Virus record (IMG/VR): IMGVR_UViG_3300030376_004181
Location: 1 to 40,660 of that record
Origin: a virus
Lineage: Duplodnaviria; Caudoviricetes
DNA length: 40,660 nt
Strand: one strand, 5' to 3'
The notes beneath the pieces are model-generated. The model did not search any database. It saw only the letters and a program-made list of their open reading frames with translations, and had not been told where the DNA came from. The position numbers and the translations under genes are program-made. This document shows positions 1 to 7,241 of this stretch, piece after piece (positions within the stretch are counted from its first letter, which is position 1; each line of letters opens with the position of its first letter).

Positions 1-820
1 CCCGCCGTGGGAACCCCCCACAGTACAGCCATCGCCACCCCCAGTGCTAATTCTTCCATCACCAATTGGAGAAAACCTACAGATACCAGTGACAACAGAC
101 ATAGAGGGATTAGAAGAAGAGCCATTTGAAGATGATATCATGTGGGACTTCGACGATGTAGAATGGGAAGAGTTCGAGTTAGATGAGTTGCCAGAAATTG
201 AATTTATTGCAGAAGAATTTGAGGAAGAAGAGGAAGAAGAAACAACTTTCTTTGATGATGGAGAACAAGAACAGCCAGATGAAGTACAATCAGATGTGGA
301 ACTAGAGGAAGAGTTTGTTCTTGAAGAGTTTGAGGACATTGAAGAAGTAGACTTTGAGGAGTTAGACGCTGATGAGCTTGACGACGAAATTATTGCTGAG
401 ATACTACAGGATGAAGAGGCTGTTGAGATCTTTTTGGAAGAGGTCTTAGAAGATAATCCAGATTTTTTTGAAGAAGCTACCGGAGATCAAGTATCTGTAA
501 TCTTTGAGTCAGCACCAGAGATATTTAACGAAGCATCTGACGAAGTTAAAGAAGAACTCGAAGAAGAAATAAACGTGTTTGCTGGTGGCTTTGAAGAGTA
601 TGTGCCAGAGGATTCAAACATCAGCGTCGATGACAGACGTTCTATCATTGCTGTCACATCTGCGACTACAATAGTTGCTGGAGCTGCAATTGCAAGACCA
701 ACACCTCCACCAACACCAAGACCTACAACTCCAACCCCTCCAAGACCTAGCAGTCCACAATCTGCTTCTCCCAGTGGTCCCGAAACCCCAAGGAGAAAAA
801 CTAGAGATGATAAAGCGTAA
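1..820 (+). CDS. 5'-truncated acidic, Pro-rich membrane-anchored surface protein (allele of 37234..38760)
   Basis: Long runs nearly identical to the C-terminal half of the 508-aa protein ([33 protein letters not shown]); hydrophobic segment IIAVTSATTIVAGAAIA followed by a Pro/basic tail; runs off the window start. Confidence 0.85.
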   Translation, partial: PPWEPPTVQPSPPPVLILPSPIGENLQIPVTTDIEGLEEEPFEDDIMWDFDDVEWEEFELDELPEIEFIAEEFEEEEEEETTFFDDGEQEQPDEVQSDVELEEEFVLEEFEDIEEVDFEELDADELDDEIIAEILQDEEAVEIFLEEVLEDNPDFFEEATGDQVSVIFESAPEIFNEASDEVKEELEEEINVFAGGFEEYVPEDSNISVDDRRSIIAVTSATTIVAGAAIARPTPPPTPRPTTPTPPRPSSPQSASPSGPETPRRKTRDDKA

Positions 821-989
821 AGTTAAACGACTAACTCACGAAGTGTTTATCCTTAGCCTTACTGCTGGGTCAACCGGAATCGTGCTTATCACTTTATCGG
901 GTGAGACAAGAGAGTATGGTATTTGGATTACCGCAGCTAGCTTTGTGTGCCACATGGTAGGTGTATGGATAGATTGGAAAGAAGAGTGA
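807..989 (+). CDS. small two-TM membrane protein (holin-like or partner of the surface protein)
   Basis: ATG at 807 after AGGAG; basic N-terminus plus two hydrophobic helices; conserved in the copy at 38747..38929. Confidence 0.75.
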   Translation: MIKRKVKRLTHEVFILSLTAGSTGIVLITLSGETREYGIWITAASFVCHMVGVWIDWKEE

Positions 990-1171
990 CTCTCGAAGCA
1001 TTGTTCTTAGTTATTCTTACAGCTTGCCTTGTCCCTTGGATGGCTTGGATTTCTACCGTGTTAATTAAGATTGAGATACGTTTAGCTAAGGGTGATGAAG
1101 CGTTAGAAACTGCTGAGGAGCGTTTAGCAGACCATGAGCAAAGATTACGAGCGTTAGAACAACGCTGTTAG
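986..1171 (+). CDS. small protein with one TM helix and a coiled coil
   Basis: GTGA overlap with the upstream stop; hydrophobic N-terminus, then ERLADHEQRLRALE coiled coil; conserved at 38926..39111. Confidence 0.75.
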   Translation: MTLEALFLVILTACLVPWMAWISTVLIKIEIRLAKGDEALETAEERLADHEQRLRALEQRC

Positions 1172-1764
1172 CTACACACCCAGTGTTGCCAACCTCCGCC
1201 TGTAGCCCTGTAAATTAGCCAAGCGCTAACCCTGATATTAGCCTCACCTGAAAAAACGTCTGCTACATAACCTAAAGCAGTACGACTTCTAGCATCCCAA
1301 TACGTTGTCAAGTGTTGCATCAAGCCACTAGCTGTACTAACACTAGACCTCGCTGTAGGATCGCCACCAGATTCACAATCTATAATTTTCAAAAACCTAG
1401 CGGTATCGCTAGCAGGCCCACCGTTCGCTAGTATTGCGTCTTGCACAATTGGCCTCCACCGTTCGACCTCCGGCTTAAAGGTAGCGTTAGGAGAAACAGT
1501 TGAGTACAAACGCACCGAAATGTTCCGTTCCATAGCCCACTGACGATGATGCTTATGCGTATTTGTACCATAAATCCCATCCGTGTTCACGTTCATCCAG
1601 TACTGCAACAACCACACTCTCTCGCTGTCCTCTAACCAGTCATACTCAATAGATATAATGTGATTCTCTATTTTGTCCCAAGGTATGTAAGCTAGAGCTG
1701 TAGCTGACAGTGCGTTGATAGCGAACGTAAATAAAATCGTGCTATAAATAAAGGTCTTTTTCAT
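1168..1764 (-). CDS. exported lytic transglycosylase (SLT/lysozyme-like fold) with signal peptide
   Basis: Signal peptide MKKTFIYSTILFTFAINALSATALA; catalytic CESGG followed by ASGLMQ; DGIYG peptidoglycan-binding-like motif. Confidence 0.8.
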   Translation of the reverse strand: MKKTFIYSTILFTFAINALSATALAYIPWDKIENHIISIEYDWLEDSERVWLLQYWMNVNTDGIYGTNTHKHHRQWAMERNISVRLYSTVSPNATFKPEVERWRPIVQDAILANGGPASDTARFLKIIDCESGGDPTARSSVSTASGLMQHLTTYWDARSRTALGYVADVFSGEANIRVSAWLIYRATGGGWQHWVCS

Positions 1765-2107
1765 TATGGTGTCTCCAAATTGTTAACAGTTCCGCCGTAA
1801 ATTCCGCATCTAAAACAGCTACTTTACCAACTGTCTTTCCTATTTGCGACCTTCTGTCCCCGTGGATAGCAAAGATTACCCACTGATTATTGTGAGCAAC
1901 TTTCCGTATCCTGCTAATCCACGGGAACAGTGTCCAACGCTTGCGATATTTCACTTCAATAGGAATATCTAAGTCCCCCAACCAGATATCGTGAGACTCG
2001 CTACTAGCGCTGGTTCTGTGAGCATCGTTATGCCCCCATTCCATAAGTAAAGCCACTATTTCATTTTCACCCGCAGTTCCTTTTTGTTTTGCTTTAGACA
2101 AAATCAA
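1742..2107 (-). CDS. Holliday junction resolvase, Hjc-like PD-(D/E)xK
   Basis: SKAKQKGTAGENE...HDI...IEVK motif pattern. Confidence 0.75.
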   Translation of the reverse strand: MILSKAKQKGTAGENEIVALLMEWGHNDAHRTSASSESHDIWLGDLDIPIEVKYRKRWTLFPWISRIRKVAHNNQWVIFAIHGDRRSQIGKTVGKVAVLDAEFTAELLTIWRHHNEKDLYL

Positions 2108-2642
2108 ACACTCCTTGTATTTCTGCCCGTTTTTTTTCGACGGTTACGATTGTATCGTTCCTAACTCCTCCATGGGGTACTAAAAGAATTTCTAACATAT
2201 CAAAACCTAAAGTCTTGCCTATGCCCATGGAGTTCCAACCACAACGCACTACGATGGCGTTAGGTTTGCATATCCTTGCGATTTGTTTTTTGATCTCTGA
2301 CCACGGGTTTTGTGTGTCTTCTTGAGTGACTACACGCCCTATCCCGTCGTAGCATTCTTTGATCTGTCTAGAGCTGTACGGTGGGTCAAATAGAACTCCG
2401 TCAACTGACTCATCTTCAAGCAATGAAAGAAAATGCTTAGAGTCGTGATGAAAGTCTGCTTCAAACTCTGGGTTGATGTCGTTTGTGAACTTCATTAAAT
2501 GCTTAAAACAACTGTTACGGACATAAGGATCAACCCAAACTCCCTTGGTCATCACCCTGCGAAGGAGGGAGTTAATGGGTTGAATCCTAAATGTTTCAGA
2601 GTTAGGCATAGCCCATTCTCTATGAAACTGTATTTCTGTCAC
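2094..2642 (-). CDS. putative adenine-specific DNA methyltransferase
   Basis: Catalytic DPPY motif (VLFDPPYS); degenerate SAM-binding VDPY; phage-type AMPNSETF start. Confidence 0.75.
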   Translation of the reverse strand: MTEIQFHREWAMPNSETFRIQPINSLLRRVMTKGVWVDPYVRNSCFKHLMKFTNDINPEFEADFHHDSKHFLSLLEDESVDGVLFDPPYSSRQIKECYDGIGRVVTQEDTQNPWSEIKKQIARICKPNAIVVRCGWNSMGIGKTLGFDMLEILLVPHGGVRNDTIVTVEKKRAEIQGVFDFV

Positions 2643-2830
2643 AAAAGTTCTTTAATGTCTTCTGCAATCGGCCCGTAATGCTGTTCTGCGTAAGCGTCTA
2701 AAGCATCCCGTATCATACCTGATCTAGTTTGACCGTTATGTATCGCTAACTGGTCTACCTTAACTAACAAAGAGTGAGGTATCCGCATAGCAATTAACTG
2801 GTCGTTTTTGTCTTTAAGTGGTGTTTCCAT
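2639..2830 (-). CDS. ribbon-helix-helix (CopG/Arc-like) DNA-binding protein
   Basis: LIAMRIPHSLLVKVDQLA...TRSGMIRDAL pattern; ATG at 2830 has an AGGAG RBS. Confidence 0.75.
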   Translation of the reverse strand: METPLKDKNDQLIAMRIPHSLLVKVDQLAIHNGQTRSGMIRDALDAYAEQHYGPIAEDIKELL

Positions 2831-2832
2831 CG

Positions 2833-2985
2833 TTATTTCTCCTGATGTTTTTGCCCGCATGTAGGGCATTTGTTATTATTATTTTCTATTACTTTTGAGC
2901 CTATGACCCAACCGCAACTACAGCTTATGTAGTACGGTGATTTGGTTCTGAGTTTAGATTTCTTCTGACCGAAATCATCCCACAC
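2833..2985 (-). CDS. 50-aa zinc-ribbon protein (not in the ORF track)
   Basis: Hand translation MWDDFGQKKSKLRTKSPYYISCSCGWVIGSKVIENNNNKCPTCGQKHQEK; TAGTG coupling to ssb; fills the intergenic gap exactly. Confidence 0.7.
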   Translation of the reverse strand: MWDDFGQKKSKLRTKSPYYISCSCGWVIGSKVIENNNNKCPTCGQKHQEK

Positions 2986-3389
2986 TAAAACCAGTCCTCA
3001 TCTTTATCTATTGGCTTACCATCAACTATTGCAGTTTTGCCTTGCCAATCATCTTGCTTAGGCGCTCTAACAATCTGAAATAAATCCCAAACGTTACAGT
3101 CCCAACCAGTTACAGTTTGTCCGTCTTTGTTTTTGTATTGACGGCTGGTAAATTTGCCTCTAACAGCTATCCTGCTACCTTTATCTGTGGCTTTAGCTAT
3201 AGCTTCTGCTAGCGCTGTTGACTCATCTCTGGAGTCTTCCCAAACGCTTAACGTTACCCATGTAGTTTCTTCTGGGCCTGTCTTTACGGCTAACGCATTC
3301 TCATAAACTGCTTTGCCTGTGCCAGTGACCTTGGGTAGCCACTCTCTGCCTAGGTTTCCCATTTGGAAACCGATTCCCTCATTCAACAT
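2985..3389 (-). CDS. ssb: single-stranded DNA-binding protein
   Basis: GNLG, TTWV..SVW, KGSRIAVRGKFTSRQYKNKDGQ motifs; acidic-aromatic C-terminal tail DEDWF. Confidence 0.85.
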   Translation of the reverse strand: MLNEGIGFQMGNLGREWLPKVTGTGKAVYENALAVKTGPEETTWVTLSVWEDSRDESTALAEAIAKATDKGSRIAVRGKFTSRQYKNKDGQTVTGWDCNVWDLFQIVRAPKQDDWQGKTAIVDGKPIDKDEDWF

Positions 3390-3795
3390 TATTGTTCTCC
3401 TTTTTAATTAATTGTTGATGTAATACATAATACTCATCTGATGTCCAAAGTGACAACCCAAGACTTAAGCGCATCCCAATCCGTTTTATACCATCGCTGA
3501 CACTGGCTTTACTGTTCTGACCTGAGTGCTTACTAGGTCTTTCCACCTCGCCAATCTCTTGAATGGTGACTTGTTTGCCATCTATGGTAAAAGTGCATTC
3601 AAGAATGCAACCCTCAACAATGCCCTCTGGACTTCTGATAAGTTCTACTATTCGCATGTCAAACGGACCTAAATGTAACAACAAAAATTGCGTTATATCT
3701 CCGTGGCTGACATACCTGTCACCCCTACCTGTCGGCTTTACTTTAACGAAAGTTTCCGGTATTGGTTTTGATAATTTGATTAATTGTTCAGGCAT
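3379..3795 (-). CDS. Rad52/Sak-like single-strand annealing protein
   Basis: YVSHGDIT...KASVSDGIKR..MRLSLGLSLW matches the Rad52/22 family pattern; adjacent to ssb and an exonuclease. Confidence 0.7.
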   Translation of the reverse strand: MPEQLIKLSKPIPETFVKVKPTGRGDRYVSHGDITQFLLLHLGPFDMRIVELIRSPEGIVEGCILECTFTIDGKQVTIQEIGEVERPSKHSGQNSKASVSDGIKRIGMRLSLGLSLWTSDEYYVLHQQLIKKENNNVE

Positions 3796-4048
3796 CTATT
3801 TTCTCCCAATTCGGATATTTTTCTTCTAACTCTTTCATACGTCTCTGTGAAGAGACCCAACTTTCCCAACAATACATTGTCCAATCTTCTAAATCATTTA
3901 ACAATTTTTTATTAGGTTCTGTTTCTTCTTCTTCTAATCTCTCCGCTAGAGATAAAAAGTTTTCCATGCCTTGCATCATTTTGACATCGTGTGCAAGCCA
4001 CTTGTATGTTTGCCTATCAAGTGTTTCTTGATCAGGTTCTTTCATCAT
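3788..4048 (-). CDS. hypothetical protein
   Basis: Overlapping coupling with both neighbours; near-identical partial copy at 40410..40660. Confidence 0.75.
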   Translation of the reverse strand: MMKEPDQETLDRQTYKWLAHDVKMMQGMENFLSLAERLEEEETEPNKKLLNDLEDWTMYCWESWVSSQRRMKELEEKYPNWEKIDA

Positions 4049-4901
4049 TATCTCCTTTCAGTAATGATTCATGGTAACGAGCTGTCGTCAAGGTGACCTC
4101 TGTTGGTCCCACCATCTGACAAAGTTCGTTGTGTCTACAGTATCTACATTGCCAGTGTCCGCCTTTGTGAGGCACACCATACGGGCTAGGGCTTTCAACT
4201 AACTTGTCTACCCCGTTGTCGTCAAACAGTACGGCATCTGGGAGCATGTCGTTACTGAGGTCTTGTTGCACTGAGCGGAACAGTTCTAGTTCAGCGTCAG
4301 CTAACTGCATAGGTGACATTCCGTACTCGTAGATGACTTCATCTAAAGGTATGACCCATTCAATGATGTCTCCTGCTTTTGTTTTGCTACGGAAGTCGTC
4401 GCCTTTAGCCATGTACACAAGGTACACAGCGTCTACTTGCCCACCTGCTTCAATTATACCTTTGGCATACAGGCTAGCTTGTGACAAATGTTCTCGTTTA
4501 GGCACACCTGATTCTCTACTGAGCTTAAACCCGAATGGCGACATGGTTTTTATTTCTAACAACCTGTATTCGCCATTGACTTTTATTAATCCGTCACAGC
4601 TACCACTAAGGCTAACACCTGTGTACGACAAATCTATCGGTGTCTCATACTCTCCTAGAAATTGATCAGCGCACGCTTCTTGAATTACGTTGTGCATGTG
4701 TGTACCTAACTCAAATGCAAGCAGGGTTGATGTGTCTATTTCGTGACACTCATGTGTCTGTAAGGCGTTGAATCCTCGCTGACGTAAACACGCACCACTG
4801 TCACTCACACGGCTCTGCGTACCGCAAGCTGTTGGCTTAACGGAACGATTGCCCTGTAAGAACTGTTCGTATGCTGTGGTGATATCAGTTGTTTGTTTCA
4901 T
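4032..4901 (-). CDS. Cas4-like PD-(D/E)xK exonuclease
   Basis: N-terminal C (GACLRQ), GTHMH, SGSCDG..LLEIKT, Q...Y and C-terminal CRYC..C Fe-S cluster pattern. Confidence 0.8.
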   Translation of the reverse strand: MKQTTDITTAYEQFLQGNRSVKPTACGTQSRVSDSGACLRQRGFNALQTHECHEIDTSTLLAFELGTHMHNVIQEACADQFLGEYETPIDLSYTGVSLSGSCDGLIKVNGEYRLLEIKTMSPFGFKLSRESGVPKREHLSQASLYAKGIIEAGGQVDAVYLVYMAKGDDFRSKTKAGDIIEWVIPLDEVIYEYGMSPMQLADAELELFRSVQQDLSNDMLPDAVLFDDNGVDKLVESPSPYGVPHKGGHWQCRYCRHNELCQMVGPTEVTLTTARYHESLLKGDNDERT

Positions 4902-5277
4902 AATCTTCTCCTAGTCTGTAATACGCTACCTTTGCTCCACCGTTTAGGTTATCCATTTTGCGTTCAATAGGTACACCAAACTCTTCAGAGAGCTGACGTA
5001 TCCTACGTTGCCAATCACCTTTACCCAGTGTATAGCGCAAGTCTTCTCCACAAACCCAAGAGTTTGTGTCAGAAACACGATGGCTTCTTCCATCAGCTAT
5101 TTTCTTAATGTATAGCAGATAGTCGTAGACTTCTTTGCATTTCTTTCCTGCGTCTTTGAGGGACTTGGCTGATTGATGCTCAAGTCCCTCCCGATGACCT
5201 GCTCTGGCTCGTTCTGCCTTTAGTAACTGCCTGAACGGTCTTCGGCATGTTGGGCATGACTTGATATCATTCATCAT
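4885..5277 (-). CDS. hypothetical protein, possible winged-HTH with N-terminal CxxC
   Basis: CPTC; WQRRIRQLSEEFGVPIER...AYYRL resembles a winged helix. Confidence 0.55.
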   Translation of the reverse strand: MMNDIKSCPTCRRPFRQLLKAERARAGHREGLEHQSAKSLKDAGKKCKEVYDYLLYIKKIADGRSHRVSDTNSWVCGEDLRYTLGKGDWQRRIRQLSEEFGVPIERKMDNLNGGAKVAYYRLGEDYETNN

Positions 5278-5413
5278 CGTCTGCCCTAACTTTTGTCTCT
5301 GCCTCTATAAGTTCTACAAGTATTTGTTGCGATGCAATGATCGCATTAGCAACGTTGTAGATTCCTTTGAGGTGAGGTTCGTCTGTTTCAAATGGTTTTA
5401 TTTCATCTGGCAT
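5267..5413 (-). CDS. 48-aa hypothetical protein
   Basis: Hand translation MPDEIKPFETDEPHLKGIYNVANAIIASQQILVELIEAETKVRADDDE; GAGGAGG RBS. Confidence 0.6.
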   Translation of the reverse strand: MPDEIKPFETDEPHLKGIYNVANAIIASQQILVELIEAETKVRADDDE

Positions 5414-5414
5414 A

Positions 5415-5558
5415 TTATTCCTCCTCTAATGGTTCAGCGTCTATTGCTTCCGCTAAACCTTCTCTGTGTTGTAACAAATAACCTTGTTCATCTATGCGCT
5501 GAATTAAACTACTGATCTCGTTGCCGAGTCGGTCATCATGTATAGATTCTTCGGTCAT
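5415..5558 (-). CDS. 47-aa acidic hypothetical protein
   Basis: Hand translation MTEESIHDDRLGNEISSLIQRIDEQGYLLQHREGLAEAIDAEPLEEE; abuts the next gene. Confidence 0.55.
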   Translation of the reverse strand: MTEESIHDDRLGNEISSLIQRIDEQGYLLQHREGLAEAIDAEPLEEE

Positions 5559-5590
5559 TATTATTTCTAGTACATTAACCTTCTTGCTCA

Positions 5591-5794
5591 TTAGTGTAAC
5601 TCCATGGTGTCATGTGTGACACTGTAGTTACGCACATATCTAGCAATACCAAACCTGTGCGAGCCATCAATATCATCGAGAACGCTACGCACAACCTCTC
5701 TCGCTGATGGTGCATACCCATCCTCGTAGTGCATGTACTGATGGTCAATGAACTCTTGAGTTACATGGATAGTAACATCAAATTGTATTTCCAT
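5591..5794 (-). CDS. hypothetical protein
   Basis: ORF with GAAGGA RBS and TAATG coupling. Confidence 0.65.
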   Translation of the reverse strand: MEIQFDVTIHVTQEFIDHQYMHYEDGYAPSAREVVRSVLDDIDGSHRFGIARYVRNYSVTHDTMELH

Positions 5795-5922
5795 TACTCT
5801 AATCCTTCCTTATAGTAAAGCTCTTCCTCACGTTGAGCGTGAAGAGCATTTGTTTCTCTTTCTAAAGCCTCATCAAAGGCTTCTTCTTGTTCGGGTGTAA
5901 ACCCCAACAGTTTTATTTTCAT
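5794..5922 (-). CDS. 42-aa acidic hypothetical protein
   Basis: Hand translation MKIKLLGFTPEQEEAFDEALERETNALHAQREEELYYKEGLE; strong AGAAAGGAAAG RBS. Confidence 0.65.
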   Translation of the reverse strand: MKIKLLGFTPEQEEAFDEALERETNALHAQREEELYYKEGLE

Positions 5923-5948
5923 AGCTTTCCTTTCTTTTGTTATATTCA

Positions 5949-5976
5949 ATTATACACGACCTGCAACAGATCTCAA
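5949..5976 (-). promoter_or_regulatory. sigma70/SigA-type promoter for the recombination operon
   Basis: Minus strand TTGAGA-N16-TATAAT upstream of the RBS of 5794..5922. Confidence 0.6.
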
Positions 5977-5982
5977 ATCATG

Positions 5983-6150
5983 TTACACATCGTTTGACCA
6001 GTTCGCTCCATTACAGAACGGACAAGTCGGATACCTGTCAGAGATTGCATCACCAATAAAAGCTCTGCAATCAAGACACTTCACGAAGAACTTGCTTAAG
6101 CCTTTAGACTTACGCTTCTTCGTTTTCTCTTGTGAGAAATCAAAGTCCAT
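5983..6150 (-). CDS. small zinc-ribbon protein
   Basis: Start MDFDF at 6150 after AGAAAGAAGGAAAC; CLDC...CPFC. Confidence 0.7.
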   Translation of the reverse strand: MDFDFSQEKTKKRKSKGLSKFFVKCLDCRAFIGDAISDRYPTCPFCNGANWSNDV

Positions 6151-6202
6151 GTTTCCTTCTTTCTTTATTACCTTCTTGGTGTATAACCTTGTGTACAGGG
6201 TA

Positions 6203-6436
6203 TCACACGCTGTCAAGTCGGGTCTTCATCATCCTCCATCTGTAACGCTCAGATGCAGTCATTCCATGTCTGAAACCCCAGAGTTGGAAAGGGTCTGGCT
6301 CATCTTCAGCAGACGTAGCAATACACTGTTCAATAACAGGGCATCCATCACAAACAGACCTGCACTTACGATGCTGGTCCGAATAGAATACCGTAGTCAT
6401 GCCACGACAGCCAGCTCTCTCTCTCCAATTATCCAT
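6203..6436 (-). CDS. whiB: WhiB-family Fe-S transcription factor
   Basis: WRERAGC...VF...VCDGCPVIEQC...LWGFRHGMTASER: four-Cys WhiB spacing with a variant G(V/I)WGG turn. Confidence 0.8.
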   Translation of the reverse strand: MDNWRERAGCRGMTTVFYSDQHRKCRSVCDGCPVIEQCIATSAEDEPDPFQLWGFRHGMTASERYRWRMMKTRLDSV

Positions 6437-6451
6437 TCTTTTACTATACAC

Positions 6452-6501
6452 CAAAGAACCCCCTGCGTAGGAAAAGAAGGAAGGAAACCTACGCAAGGGG
6501 T
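6452..6501 (-). terminator. intrinsic-terminator-like hairpin ending the early operon
   Basis: 14-bp stem ACCCCUUGCGUAGG/CCUACGCAGGGGGU (G-U pair works only on the minus strand), followed by UCUUU. Confidence 0.6.
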
Positions 6502-6510
6502 CTAATGATT

Positions 6511-6597
6511 CTAGCCGTAAACTAGCTCACCAAACAACCCGTACTGAACAATAATGTTAGCCCAGTCTGCACCTTGTTCTTGTATTTCTTCTTTCAT
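6511..6597 (-). CDS. 28-aa peptide
   Basis: MKEEIQEQGADWANIIVQYGLFGELVYG with a strong AGAAAGGAAAG RBS. Confidence 0.55.
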   Translation of the reverse strand: MKEEIQEQGADWANIIVQYGLFGELVYG

Positions 6598-6619
6598 ATT
6601 CTTTCCTTTCTTTGTTAAT

Positions 6620-6808
6620 CTAAGCGATTAAATTATCAGGGTCAAAGGCTAGGTCATACACAAAGGTTTGTGCTTGTGACCATGCCGACTCACCATTAAA
6701 ACGTTTGACGACCTTGTTAGTAGAGATTTTGCGAACAACTGCTACGAGGTTCACATCATCTACTTCTGAAACATAATCGCCTTCTTGATAATCAATTACT
6801 AAACTCAT
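6620..6808 (-). CDS. hypothetical early protein
   Basis: Strong AGAAAGGAAAG RBS; tandem array. Confidence 0.75.
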   Translation of the reverse strand: MSLVIDYQEGDYVSEVDDVNLVAVVRKISTNKVVKRFNGESAWSQAQTFVYDLAFDPDNLIA

Positions 6809-6839
6809 ATTTCTTTCCTTTCTTTATTGTTATTAATTA

Positions 6840-7103
6840 TTAAAATGGTTCAGCATCAAACTCATGGAGCACATCTTCGTAAGCTTGAATAACAAGAGTG
6901 TCATTATCTACGACAGTTGTGCGAACCTTAAGACCACGTGCTTTTCCAGCTTGCTTCGCACCATTACGCATGGTGTTTACATTGCTTTGGAAATCATCAG
7001 GTCGTGTAAGTTTCCAGATGTTACCATCTAGCCACAAATTCCATTCATACTTTCCCTTGCGACCAGCGCTAGCGAAAGCAAATCTTTCTAATTGTGTTGC
7101 CAT
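6840..7103 (-). CDS. hypothetical early protein
   Basis: RBS AGAAAGGAAAG; GRKGKYEWNLWLDGNIWKL motif. Confidence 0.8.
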   Translation of the reverse strand: MATQLERFAFASAGRKGKYEWNLWLDGNIWKLTRPDDFQSNVNTMRNGAKQAGKARGLKVRTTVVDNDTLVIQAYEDVLHEFDAEPF

Positions 7104-7241
7104 AATTTATCTTTCCTTTCTGAAACAAACACTTGGAGTGTTTCCCACTGTCCACCATCTAAGGGAGGTAAGTATGGTGGACAGGGAGCTACACTCTTCA
7201 GCTCTGGGAGATTCCCTGAATCGTCAGAGGTTGCTAGTTCT

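Noticed and set aside
1-4005. Duplicated region as a diversity-generating retroelement TR/VR pair
   Set aside because: Differences are not adenine-specific, they span whole genes with indels, and no reverse transcriptase is present.
7221-7227. CUGACGA as an intact hammerhead core
   Set aside because: The following stem ends in GAGU rather than GAAA, and I could not build stems I and III.
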